Positions 1 to 8,396 of a stretch of DNA of 64,000 nt are shown piece by piece. The stretch spans positions 1 to 64,000 of the IMG/VR virus record IMGVR_UViG_3300026549_000030; one strand, written 5' to 3'. The stretch is from a virus (taxonomy: Duplodnaviria; Caudoviricetes). The notes below the pieces were generated by a model that worked only from the letters and a program-made list of their open reading frames with translations, did no database searches and was not told where the DNA came from. The position numbers and the translations under genes are program-made. Within the stretch, counting starts at the first letter, position 1, and the number at the start of each line of letters is the position of its first letter.

Positions 1-720
1 CGACATTACCCTGAGTACCCATGGAACCTTGCGTTCCGTGTGCACCCTGTGTTCCTTCGTAACCTGCGGTACCTATTTCACCGGGAGTACCATCAGCACC
101 TTCGCTGCCTTGCTCACCCTGAGCACCCATCGCGCCCTGAGCACCGACATTACCCTGAGTACCCATGGAACCTTGCGTTCCGTGTGCACCCTGTGTTCCT
201 TCGTAACCTGCGGTGCCTGTGTCGCCGAGCGTGCCTTCAGCACCTTCGCTTCCTTGCTCACCCTGAGCACCTATCGCGCCCTGAGCACCGACATTACCCT
301 GAGTACCCATGGAACCTTGCGTTCCGTGTGCACCCTGTGTTCCTTCGTAACCTGCGGTACCTATTTCACCGGGAGTACCATCAGCACCCTTGCTGCCTTG
401 CTCACCCTGAGCACCTATCGCGCCCTGAGCACCGACATTACCCTGAGTACCCATGGAACCTTGCGTTCCGTGTGCACCCTGTGTTCCTTCGTAACCTGCG
501 GTACCTATTTCACCGGGAGTACCATCAGCACCCTTGCTGCCTTGCTCACCCTGAGCACCCATCGCGCCCTGAGCACCGACATTACCCTGAGTACCCATGG
601 AACCTTGCGTTCCGTGTGCACCATGCGTTCCTTCGTAACCTGCAGTACCTGTTTCACCGAGGGTGCCTTCTTCACCATCGGGGCCTTTTTCGCCTTGTAC
701 GCCCATCGCACCCTGCGGGC
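1..720. repeat. 144-bp tandem repeat (48 aa, 16 G-X-Y triplets) inside the collagen gene
   Basis: cgacattaccctgagtacccatggaaccttgcgttcc recurs at 1, 145, 289, 433 and 577; the last copy diverges. Confidence 0.95.
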
Positions 721-1174
721 CCAAATTACCTTGCGTGCCACGGAAGCCCATAGTTCCCCTTTCGCCCTGAGTTCCTAATTCGCCTCTTAATCCTTGCCTA
801 CCCGTTGTACCTGTATCACCTTGTGGTCCTGCTATACCCTGAACACCTGCGGCGCCTTGTGTTCCAACGGGTCCTTGTGCACCTGTAACACCTTGAGTAC
901 CCATTGCACCTTGTGCGCCTTTAGCGATAGGAAGATAAAGAACGCCATCCTCTACATAAGGTTCTTCGAGTTCATCTTCTGTTACATAATACTGTGCACT
1001 TTTTACTTTTTCCTCTGCAGTACCGTATTTCTTTCCATTGAAATAAAGATAACCATCCTCTAAGTCTTTTGAGGTTCTGATGAAATAGATGTATCCATCT
1101 TGTAAGTCATCTATTGAAAACGACGGTTTTGTGCCGTCAATGGTTTTAAATCCTTTGAAAATATTTTTAGCCAT
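1..1174 (-). CDS. Collagen-like (Gly-X-Y) fibre protein, 3' end runs off the window
   Basis: Manual translation from the ATG at 1174 gives MAKNIFKGFKTIDGTKPSF...YFNGKKYG...LYLPIAK, then uninterrupted G-X-Y triplets (GAQGAMGTQGVTGAQ...) to base 1. Absent from the ORF track because there is no stop inside the window. Preceded by TATTTATA. Confidence 0.9.
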   Translation of the reverse strand, partial: MAKNIFKGFKTIDGTKPSFSIDDLQDGYIYFIRTSKDLEDGYLYFNGKKYGTAEEKVKSAQYYVTEDELEEPYVEDGVLYLPIAKGAQGAMGTQGVTGAQGPVGTQGAAGVQGIAGPQGDTGTTGRQGLRGELGTQGERGTMGFRGTQGNLGPQGAMGVQGEKGPDGEEGTLGETGTAGYEGTHGAHGTQGSMGTQGNVGAQGAMGAQGEQGSKGADGTPGEIGTAGYEGTQGAHGTQGSMGTQGNVGAQGAIGAQGEQGSKGADGTPGEIGTAGYEGTQGAHGTQGSMGTQGNVGAQGAIGAQGEQGSEGAEGTLGDTGTAGYEGTQGAHGTQGSMGTQGNVGAQGAMGAQGEQGSEGADGTPGEIGTAGYEGTQGAHGTQGSMGTQGNV

Positions 1175-1197
1175 ACGCTTTTTTTATTTTAATCCTT

Positions 1198-1251
1198 TAT
1201 AAATACCTGTTAAAAATAAAAAGGAAAAAATGAAAAACATATCTATTTATA
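1198..1251. promoter_or_regulatory. Divergent pair of putative phage late promoters (TATTTATA)
   Basis: TATTTATA on - at 1198-1205 before the collagen gene and on + at 1244-1251 before ORF 1265. The same motif precedes many structural genes. Confidence 0.65.
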
Positions 1252-1264
1252 TAAAAAAGGTATT

Positions 1265-1693
1265 ATGGAAAAGAAAAATTTTTTATATTGGTTTATATTC
1301 ACGCTGTTGGCGATTTGGCAGCTGCCACAATTTATTGTTGCATTGGTTATGTGGCCTTTTCTCGGCAGAAAGGAGCTTGTTGCCGACAGGCATTTCAATT
1401 TTTGTTGGAAAGGAGAAAAAATGAGCGGCGGAATCAGCCTTGGACCATTTGCATTTGTTTCTCCCAATTCAGGCGACGCAACCATTGCTCACGAGACTGA
1501 CGGGCATACTGTACAAAGTAAAATATTAGGGCCATTATACCTATTCGTAATTGGTATCGAATCAATATTTTGGGCATGGCTCTACGATTCAAAAAAGTAT
1601 TGTTATTACGATTTTTATACTGAGAAAAACGCTAATTTTTTTGCTAAATTGGAGGTTGATAAATATTGTCGGTTAAAATTTAAGAATTCTTAA
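1265..1693 (+). CDS. Membrane protein with an HE-x-x-GH metallopeptidase-like motif
   Basis: Two hydrophobic segments; IAHETDGHTVQS followed by YYDFYTE..AN. Confidence 0.6.
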   Translation: MEKKNFLYWFIFTLLAIWQLPQFIVALVMWPFLGRKELVADRHFNFCWKGEKMSGGISLGPFAFVSPNSGDATIAHETDGHTVQSKILGPLYLFVIGIESIFWAWLYDSKKYCYYDFYTEKNANFFAKLEVDKYCRLKFKNS

Positions 1694-1977
1694 TAATATT
1701 CTCAAATAATTCATGAATGTTGTGGAAAACATTTTTTCCTTCAAAATTCTCATGCGTATAATAATATAAAGTAATACCGTTTTTAGAACAAGACTCTTGT
1801 TTTTCGCGGTCTCGAACAACGGTACTATTATATTTTTCAATGCCGCCGAAATATTGCACGGGGAAAAAATGCTGAATTCCCTTTTATTTCCCTTATATTG
1901 AACTTGAGAATAATCATATTTTTCGCCATGGACTGATTTCGCCATTTTTATAAATTCTTTTATTGTTAATGTTTTAT
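1680..1977 (-). pseudogene. Internally deleted, frameshifted homing endonuclease remnant (paralogue of 62401..63534)
   Basis: One repeat start (EFIKMAKSVHGEKYDYSQVQYKGNK) is joined in another frame to GIQHFFPVQYFGGIEKYNSTVVRDREKQESCSKNGITLYYY, which matches the C-terminus of the intact gene (GVQHFVPVKAWGG...DKKK..CEKEGIRLLYY). Confidence 0.8.
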
Positions 1978-1991
1978 GAAAAATTTTTAAT

Positions 1992-2029
1992 AAAAAAGAA
2001 CCGAGGGATTTCTCCTTCGGTTTCTTTTT
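1992..2029. terminator. Intrinsic terminator
   Basis: aaaaagaaccgaggga...tccttcggtttcttttt stem with A/T tracts on both sides, downstream of the minus-strand operon. Confidence 0.75.
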
Positions 2030-2045
2030 AAGATAAATTAAGGAA

Positions 2046-2597
2046 TTAAGCCTTGACGAGTTCTTTCTTCCTCCAATCCCAACGGTAGCCCGTATTTGCC
2101 TCGATAAAGTGCTCTACAGCGAAAACCTCGTCGCGTGTAGCCTTCCTCAAGTCGTCAAATATTACACCATCGACGGAATCGTAATCAATCACATGATCAA
2201 TGCCGATAAATTGATTCTTACCGGGATTAAGTGAGGTAATGAGAATCCAATAAGCCTTTTCGTTGTTTAAATTCGCAACATAGACGTTATAGGTAGGATA
2301 CTCTGCCTTGAGAATGTCGCCATCCTTAAATTTCTGATTTGGCTTTTCATCTGTTACGGTAACAATAGCATGCTTTCCGTCTTCGGACATTTTTGCGTCC
2401 TTGACATACATTCCGCCGCCGTCCTGTACGGTTTCCCATTCGCCCTTATCGTTAAGACTATATTCCTCGTGCGCGGCTTCCTTTAAATTTCCATCTTTGT
2501 CTGTTTCCTGAGTGAATACGCTCCTTGCCCCGGTATATTTTCCGTCAGCACCGCGCACAATCTTGGAGTGTTCAACTCTTTGAAAAATGTAATTCAT
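2046..2597 (-). CDS. Hypothetical phage protein (C-terminal AT-x-x-E...G-x-x-WD domain)
   Basis: Operon member; its C-terminus resembles that of 2605..3342. Confidence 0.7.
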   Translation of the reverse strand: MNYIFQRVEHSKIVRGADGKYTGARSVFTQETDKDGNLKEAAHEEYSLNDKGEWETVQDGGGMYVKDAKMSEDGKHAIVTVTDEKPNQKFKDGDILKAEYPTYNVYVANLNNEKAYWILITSLNPGKNQFIGIDHVIDYDSVDGVIFDDLRKATRDEVFAVEHFIEANTGYRWDWRKKELVKA

Positions 2598-2604
2598 AGT
2601 ATAA

Positions 2605-3342
2605 TTAAGCTTTTACGAATTTTACATTATTTTCGTCCCAAGCATTGCCGTAGCGTTTCTTGAGATACTCTGCAATCTTTGCTTTCTCTTCATCGGTTGC
2701 CTTGGACATATACTTAATGAAGTTATTCTTGTCCATATAGCGAACGGATGTGAAACGAGGATCGAAAAGAACCTGTGATTCATCGTCGTAATTGTAGAAC
2801 GTCCACCTAATCGTAGGTTTCTCCTGATTCTCGAGATTGAGAGCGCCATATAAGTCGCCGTCGAATATCTTCACGATTTCTCCGTCACGGAAATTCTCGT
2901 AGAAGTTCTTCTCAGCCGCATATTTCTTCAATGCGTCCTTGAACTCATGTGTTTCAACATAGTCAGCCGTCTGATTGAGGATAGCGAGAACCATATCTTC
3001 TTTAAGGAAGCGGCAATCCTGAGTTCTGATAGGCGCCTTTGAGAAACGTTTCTTCGCAAGAAGGATGCCCTTTGCCTCGTCGAATACGTCATCAGGCGAG
3101 CAAATTGCCCATCCGAAATTAAGTTCCTTAGTCGGGCTTAAATTGTCACCAAGCCGATAAATCATCTCATCCGGCTCAACTGATACGGGAGTTCCCGTTC
3201 CATGCTGATAACGTACACGGCGAACCTCAATACCGTCGAGTTCCTTCGTTTCCTTTACCTCGCCGTAAACGTAGATAATGTACTCTCTACCGTTGTCGTC
3301 TTTAACTGTCTTTGTTACTGAATAATTCTTGTACTTTGCCAT
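2605..3342 (-). CDS. Hypothetical phage protein
   Basis: GWAICSPDDVFDEAKGILLA motif plus a C-terminal KATDEE...GNAWD domain. Confidence 0.7.
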   Translation of the reverse strand: MAKYKNYSVTKTVKDDNGREYIIYVYGEVKETKELDGIEVRRVRYQHGTGTPVSVEPDEMIYRLGDNLSPTKELNFGWAICSPDDVFDEAKGILLAKKRFSKAPIRTQDCRFLKEDMVLAILNQTADYVETHEFKDALKKYAAEKNFYENFRDGEIVKIFDGDLYGALNLENQEKPTIRWTFYNYDDESQVLFDPRFTSVRYMDKNNFIKYMSKATDEEKAKIAEYLKKRYGNAWDENNVKFVKA

Positions 3343-3346
3343 TTTG

Positions 3347-3643
3347 TCAGTCGTTTAGTAAAATTTTCTCTTTATTAGAATTGTCAACTTCCGTGCCGGG
3401 TTTTTGATCACGAAGCTTCTTTGCATAATTGAGCCAGAAATTTTCCTTGTCAATTTCCTGTTGGACGCTATTCTCTGGCTTGAGCCCCATTCTCATTCGA
3501 TAGAAGAATGCCGTGATTTCTGCAGCCTTGATAAGGGCTTCATCGCCCCAAATACGCCTGGCCATTTCAACCGCCTCGATGGAGTAGCGATTATAATGGG
3601 AAGGGTGGTTTACCATTTCGTAATTTTTGTTTTCCTCTGCCAT
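3347..3643 (-). CDS. DUF3310 family protein (T7 gp1.7 / SaV-like)
   Basis: MVNHPSHYN...IEAVE and RMGLK...EIDK..FWL signature. Confidence 0.75.
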   Translation of the reverse strand: MAEENKNYEMVNHPSHYNRYSIEAVEMARRIWGDEALIKAAEITAFFYRMRMGLKPENSVQQEIDKENFWLNYAKKLRDQKPGTEVDNSNKEKILLND

Positions 3644-3966
3644 TACTTTTCGAGATTTTCCTTAATCTTATTTTCAATCGCTTCCCTGCCAATCATTCCT
3701 GTAAATCTGTCAATCTGCAAGCCATTCTTGAAGAAGAGGACAGTTGGAATGTTGCGGACGCCGTGTTCAGTTGCGATTTCCTCGTCCGCCTCATCCAAGT
3801 CAACCTCACCAACGACAACTCCGTCAATCGGGAAGATGTCGTCGAAGATTTGTCCGAGCATTCGGCAAGGACCGCACCATGCAGCCTTAAAATCAACGAG
3901 CGCAAGCTTATCCTTGCTGTTTTCCACGAATTGTGAAAATTCGTTCTTTGTTAAAATCTTTTCCAT
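3643..3966 (-). CDS. trxA: Thioredoxin
   Basis: WCGPC active site, VRNIPT, 107 aa. Confidence 0.95.
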   Translation of the reverse strand: MEKILTKNEFSQFVENSKDKLALVDFKAAWCGPCRMLGQIFDDIFPIDGVVVGEVDLDEADEEIATEHGVRNIPTVLFFKNGLQIDRFTGMIGREAIENKIKENLEK

Positions 3967-3969
3967 ATA

Positions 3970-4281
3970 TTATATCTTATATTTTTTCTCAAATTTCTTA
4001 ACGTTCTCACAGTGCTTCTCATATAGGAGATTCTTTGTTTCCGATGGTAATCCAAAAGCAAATGTACCCAAAATTATTGTACCATCCTCAATCCCGTTCT
4101 TAAATTCTTTTATTGGGTTTTTGCTGCCATTGGCAACAATATTCATAAGAACCTTCCTCACATTCTGTGTGTCAACAGGGAGATACTTACCGTTTCTCGT
4201 GCAGCACCAGGAATGGAGATACTGCTCGCATTCCTGCATGAATTCGATTACCTTATTAAGCTCTTTTTCTCCCTTCGTCAT
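3970..4281 (-). CDS. Hypothetical protein
   Basis: ATGA-coupled to the upstream HD gene. Confidence 0.65.
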   Translation of the reverse strand: MTKGEKELNKVIEFMQECEQYLHSWCCTRNGKYLPVDTQNVRKVLMNIVANGSKNPIKEFKNGIEDGTIILGTFAFGLPSETKNLLYEKHCENVKKFEKKYKI

Positions 4282-5045
4282 ACCTTGCTAAGAAATTCCT
4301 TAACAAGATTCTGAACCTCAACGTTTCCGAATCCTTCCTTATTCGCCATCCAACGCAGATATCCTGGCTCCTTCTCGTAGGCTTCCTTAATAGTCATTCC
4401 ATTCGTCTTTCCGAAGTCGAACTTATATCCTTCAACCGTCATAACAGGAGCCTCATAAGCCTCGACAGCCTCTGTCTCTCCGTTATCAATGAAGTCAATG
4501 CCGACAATCTCCTTACGGCTGGCAATGTAGTCAGCGTAGAACACGATTAACTCGGGACGCGTCTGTGGAACAGGTTCCTGCCAAGGACCCATATGGGAAC
4601 GGATTGCCTTGCAGATATAGTCAAGGTGTTCCTCGTCTACGAGTTCGTCGTCAGCCTCTTCCCAAATCTTCTCGACATACTCTGCTGCAAGCTGAGGGTG
4701 TTCCTTAACGGTGTGTGCGCCAAGTCCGTCACCCTGTTTCTTGATATCGTGAACAAGCGCAGCAACAAGAATACAGTCTCCCTCGTAGCGGGTTAGTTTC
4801 TTCGCCTCAATACTGGGGCGGATAAGTTCATTTGCAAAATATGCCACAGCGCGGCTGTGACGTACGAGTCCGCCGTTTCCGCGTGCAAAATCAGGGTGGT
4901 ATTTACCAGATGACGAAGCCGGTACCGAGAAAAAGTAATCATCGGCGTTGGCAACAATTAATTTGGCAAATTCCCTGAGTTTCTCGTCGAGAATATAAGA
5001 AAATTCTCTTGTAAAATAACTTAATTTTTCTTCTTTTGTAAGCAT
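4278..5045 (-). CDS. HD-domain phosphohydrolase with a C-terminal FGK (DUF3820-like) domain
   Basis: PASSSGKYHP, GGLVRH, VHD, SHMG, ADY motifs; C-terminal FDFGK..G.TI.....PGYLRWM. Confidence 0.85.
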   Translation of the reverse strand: MLTKEEKLSYFTREFSYILDEKLREFAKLIVANADDYFFSVPASSSGKYHPDFARGNGGLVRHSRAVAYFANELIRPSIEAKKLTRYEGDCILVAALVHDIKKQGDGLGAHTVKEHPQLAAEYVEKIWEEADDELVDEEHLDYICKAIRSHMGPWQEPVPQTRPELIVFYADYIASRKEIVGIDFIDNGETEAVEAYEAPVMTVEGYKFDFGKTNGMTIKEAYEKEPGYLRWMANKEGFGNVEVQNLVKEFLSKV

Positions 5046-5055
5046 ATAGTAAAAT

Positions 5056-5940
5056 TTAATTTGTTATCGGGTGTTCCCTTAGATATTCAACCAATCGCTT
5101 GGTATAACTTACAAGATTAATTTTTTCGTAATTTCCGTCTGGGCGAAGCCACATAAGACGCCTTGCAACAACCTTGAAGCCGATTTTCTCAAGACAATTC
5201 TGATAAAGCGACAGTTGCAGGTGATATATGTACAACGGCATATCAAGCAAGTCCTCAAACGGGTGTAGGAGTTTCTTTTCCTTGAAATTCTTGTATAAGT
5301 CCTTATTTGTCTTCCAATCAAGAATGACAAGTCCGCTCTTGTCTGCAGTTTTACCGTCTAACTCTGCGTCATAGTAACACAGAAGATCAAACGTGCCAGA
5401 ATATCCCAAATCTTCGTCATAAACCTTCGTTTCTGCAAGAATTGGAACAAGGCACTTCGGTAAATCCTCATAGAACCTTACGGCAGCCTCTTCTTTCGGG
5501 TAAATCGCCTTAAACCCGCCGTCTTCTGTCAACCTGTCCTTGAATTCCGGAAGAATCTTGTCATATTGGCGCGTCATATAGTAGAAAATAGACTCGGAGA
5601 ACTCATGTCTTTCGGTTCCCGTGTCGCAAGCCTCCTTACTGATATGCTTCCACGATTCCTCAATCTGCTGTGCAGTCATTCGGTAGTATTTCGAATCGGG
5701 GTTGTCGAAATTTCGCTCAAATGTTTCCTGGGCCTTCTGGTGTGAATCAAAATGCTCTTGGAACATATGCGTTACATTGGAAACGCACGTCATTTCCTTT
5801 CCTTCAAGAAAATATCTGTGCCCTTCCTCGACAAATGTCAATCCCTTGAAAGAATTAACAATTTTATCGCGCATTTCCTGATACTTGGGCAAATCCCAAA
5901 TACCGTCCCATTTTCCGTCGTTATATAATATCTTACTCAT
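5056..5940 (-). CDS. PD-(D/E)xK exonuclease-like protein
   Basis: GTERHE, AE..VY, SGTFDL, DWKT and YHLQLSLY motifs. Confidence 0.85.
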   Translation of the reverse strand: MSKILYNDGKWDGIWDLPKYQEMRDKIVNSFKGLTFVEEGHRYFLEGKEMTCVSNVTHMFQEHFDSHQKAQETFERNFDNPDSKYYRMTAQQIEESWKHISKEACDTGTERHEFSESIFYYMTRQYDKILPEFKDRLTEDGGFKAIYPKEEAAVRFYEDLPKCLVPILAETKVYDEDLGYSGTFDLLCYYDAELDGKTADKSGLVILDWKTNKDLYKNFKEKKLLHPFEDLLDMPLYIYHLQLSLYQNCLEKIGFKVVARRLMWLRPDGNYEKINLVSYTKRLVEYLREHPITN

Positions 5941-6301
5941 TTTTCAACTGTGCAAATTTTTCCTTGATAAGCCTTTTTCTCAATTTTTCTGCAATAACAT
6001 CGCCGTGGCAAGGCTTCGGGGCACAATAACACTCGAGATAAACGTCCTCTCCCTTCTTATACTTCTCGTAAATCTTATCAACAGCCTTGGTAAACGCCTC
6101 ATTTGAACCGTACATAATGTCGAAATAATCAGAATACCTCCTGATTGCCTCTTCCCTGTCCTTGACAACGTACATTGCCTTCGTATTCCTGTCCTTTATC
6201 TCAGTGTAAGGATTTCCGAGAATAGAGGGACGGAAAATTGGGAAGTTATTCGGGTTATTGCTGTGATCTTCCCTAGTTCTATTGTAAACGATTATTGCCA
6301 T
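5933..6301 (-). CDS. DUF4326 family protein
   Basis: IFRPSILGNPY, REEAI..Y, L.CYCAPKPCHGDV. Confidence 0.85.
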   Translation of the reverse strand: MAIIVYNRTREDHSNNPNNFPIFRPSILGNPYTEIKDRNTKAMYVVKDREEAIRRYSDYFDIMYGSNEAFTKAVDKIYEKYKKGEDVYLECYCAPKPCHGDVIAEKLRKRLIKEKFAQLKNE

Positions 6302-6315
6302 TGCCTTATTTTCTG

Positions 6316-6354
6316 CAAATATACTCTTTTTTAATCACAAATCCCATATTTATA
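6316..6354. promoter_or_regulatory. Divergent promoters: Bacteroidota-type TATATTTG (-, 6316-6323) and phage TATTTATA (+, 6347-6354)
   Basis: The first matches the Bacteroidota -7 consensus TAnnTTTG upstream of the metabolic operon; the second is the recurring phage motif upstream of 6374. Confidence 0.7.
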
Positions 6355-6373
6355 ATAAAATATCGCTTATATT

Positions 6374-6778
6374 ATGCTTACTGAAAACGAAAAAAAGAAG
6401 CTTGTTAATAAGATAAAGAAGCTTGTCCGTGAATCTATAGCAGAAAACGGATACTTTGAAAATTTATACCCAGAAAAGAAAGAAAAATCCCACGATTTCG
6501 ACAGGGATGAAGATAGAGAAGGCGGAAACAAGGAAATTTCCTCAAAGAAAGAGTCTGTTCTTAAGTGGCTTGACACCGCGCAGGAGCTTCACTCGGTTCT
6601 ATCATACGAATTATGGCCCGATATGGACGAGGATACGGCGAGAAGCCTGTTCAGCAAGAAGTATCGTGGACACGATAACGACGGAAATTCATATCATTTC
6701 GACGACGACGAAATCAATGACCTTTATAATATGAGGGACGACTTCATTGAGCGCGCCGGATTTAAGGACAACAACTAA
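6374..6778 (+). CDS. Putative virion-internal protein with an HTH-like C-terminal domain
   Basis: N-terminal LTENE...KKLVRESIAE tag; C-terminal LSYELWP...ARSLFSKKYRG...FDDDE. Confidence 0.55.
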   Translation: MLTENEKKKLVNKIKKLVRESIAENGYFENLYPEKKEKSHDFDRDEDREGGNKEISSKKESVLKWLDTAQELHSVLSYELWPDMDEDTARSLFSKKYRGHDNDGNSYHFDDDEINDLYNMRDDFIERAGFKDNN

Positions 6779-6780
6779 TC

Positions 6781-7368
6781 ATGAGAAAGAAAATTGTATT
6801 AAAGGAAAGCGACATAAGGAAAATCGTTGCTAATGTCCTATCAGAAAACATTGACGAGATTTCGTACAATACGCTCGATTCCGCAAGTAATAAGATAAAC
6901 AGAGGATGGTATGACGACCCTGAATATAGGGAAGGGTATCATAACATTGACGACGTGTTCGACGCAATCGCAACCATACGTCAATTCCTCAATAGAATGG
7001 AACAGAGTTACACGCCACTTCACGGGCAAAAAGCGTTGAACTATTTCTATGACAATAAAAAGGCTCCGCAAGAGGGCGGCGCAAGAAAATGTAATCAGTA
7101 CCTCGACTTCATTGAGCAGTTTGTTCAGAGAAAACAAGCACAAGGAAAAAACTTAGAAAATGCTGCAGATAGCAAAGAAGAACAGGAGAAGTCTGAGCTC
7201 CTTAAATTAGCCTATCAATGGAACGGATTCAAAGGAACTAACATTTTTGATTTCATTAACACACTTAATACAGATGAATACGATGACGAATGGAATAATG
7301 AATGGGACAGGTTCCTAAATTCCATACAGGATCCTGAACTAAAGCAATACGCAGAAGAAAACTTCTAA
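6781..7368 (+). CDS. Putative virion-internal protein
   Basis: N-terminal KIVLKESDIRKIVANVLSE..DEISY tag. Confidence 0.6.
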   Translation: MRKKIVLKESDIRKIVANVLSENIDEISYNTLDSASNKINRGWYDDPEYREGYHNIDDVFDAIATIRQFLNRMEQSYTPLHGQKALNYFYDNKKAPQEGGARKCNQYLDFIEQFVQRKQAQGKNLENAADSKEEQEKSELLKLAYQWNGFKGTNIFDFINTLNTDEYDDEWNNEWDRFLNSIQDPELKQYAEENF

Positions 7369-7372
7369 AAAT

Positions 7373-7401
7373 AAAAAACGGAAGCATTCGCTTCCGTTTT
7401 T
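7373..7401. terminator. Bidirectional intrinsic terminator
   Basis: aaaaaacggaagc-attc-gcttccgttttt between convergent genes. Confidence 0.85.
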
Positions 7402-7404
7402 CTT

Positions 7405-8268
7405 TTATAGTGCCTTGCGCTTAATCAATTGTGCGTTCTGCTGAACGTACTTAATTATCTTATCGCGCAACGAAGCCACCTCAGTAGCAGTGATTCCGTA
7501 TTTCTCTCCAACCTCTTCGGTTGTGTAGCAGCGCTCGTAGTCAATGCCGTAAAGCATTTTCATAACGTCAGCCTGCTTCTCTGGTATGAACGACAGAATT
7601 GTGGAAACAAGAGCCTTCTTGTAATCCTTCTCCGCGTTCTCCTCGTATTCGTTTACGGAACTTGTGCGTTTCGTGTACTCAGGGTCGTTCTCGACAGTAT
7701 AGTCGTCATCAATCTCCTCGTTGATAGAAGAAATGCTTACTTCGAATACGTCGCAGTCTTCCTTGATATCGAGCCCGTAGTTGTCTAGCAGAATCTGCTT
7801 AACCTCCTCCGTCGTAGGCTCGCGCCCGTTCTCCGCATAATATTTCTGCTTAATCGTGTCAAGCTTCTTCCCAATCTTATTTACGTTGGAACGCGTAATC
7901 ATGTTCCTCGTATCATTAAGATAGAAATTCATCTGTCTGCGGACATACCATACTGCGTAGGTAATGAACTTGTTTTCAAGCGTCAAATCGAACTTGTTAA
8001 GCGCAATGTTGAAGCCGATAACACCCTCGTTCACGTAGTCCACAACCTCGTTCTCATCCCTTGCGTAAATCTTAGCAAGCGAATAGATAAATCTCAGATG
8101 ACGGTTGATAAGCTCCTGTCCGGCGGCTTCGTCTCCGTCCCTATATCTCTTCACGAGACTAATTTCCTCTTCTGCGGTAGGAACGTCATATTTCCTTACA
8201 TCGGCAAGAAATTTTTGAAGTGTTTCGTTTGTTCCGAAAAATTTACAGTTGTAATCGCTAATCCTCAT
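7405..8268 (-). CDS. Phage sigma-70 family RNA polymerase sigma factor (degenerate region 4)
   Basis: Region 1.2 (EEEISL), region 2 (HLRFIYSLAKIY, NEGVIG, KFITYAVWYVR), region 3 (GREPT), region 4 TTEEVG. Confidence 0.9.
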   Translation of the reverse strand: MRISDYNCKFFGTNETLQKFLADVRKYDVPTAEEEISLVKRYRDGDEAAGQELINRHLRFIYSLAKIYARDENEVVDYVNEGVIGFNIALNKFDLTLENKFITYAVWYVRRQMNFYLNDTRNMITRSNVNKIGKKLDTIKQKYYAENGREPTTEEVKQILLDNYGLDIKEDCDVFEVSISSINEEIDDDYTVENDPEYTKRTSSVNEYEENAEKDYKKALVSTILSFIPEKQADVMKMLYGIDYERCYTTEEVGEKYGITATEVASLRDKIIKYVQQNAQLIKRKAL

Positions 8269-8309
8269 TCAAATTTTATTTTTGTCTAAATTTTATATTT
8301 CAAGTACAG

Positions 8310-8395
8310 AATCTGGACAAAATGTCTCGATAGTTGTCTAGATTCCAACATTAAGCCGATAAATCGGGACACAATGTCCCGAAAAGTGTCCCGAA
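8310..8395. repeat. Tandem 34-bp palindromic direct repeat (period 52 bp) upstream of the sigma gene
   Basis: aatctggacaaaatgtctcgatagttgtctagat and aatcgggacacaatgtcccgaaaagtgtcccgaa. Confidence 0.75.
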
Positions 8396-8396
8396 G

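Noticed and set aside
1-720. Possible CRISPR array
   Set aside because: The units are contiguous 144-bp coding repeats with no unique spacers, and there are no cas genes.
29-1063. Plus-strand ORFs 29..778, 40..753, 794..1063 and the short minus ORFs 73..270, 505..741
   Set aside because: Shadow frames of the repetitive collagen gene on the minus strand.
1673-1945. 90-aa ORF as an intact gene
   Set aside because: Its second half is the wrong frame of an endonuclease remnant.
3404-4291. 295-aa plus-strand ORF and similar antisense ORFs (8613..9107, 8947..9378, 9986..10402, 16980..17465, 60993..61460)
   Set aside because: Antisense to well-supported genes, with no recognisable motifs.
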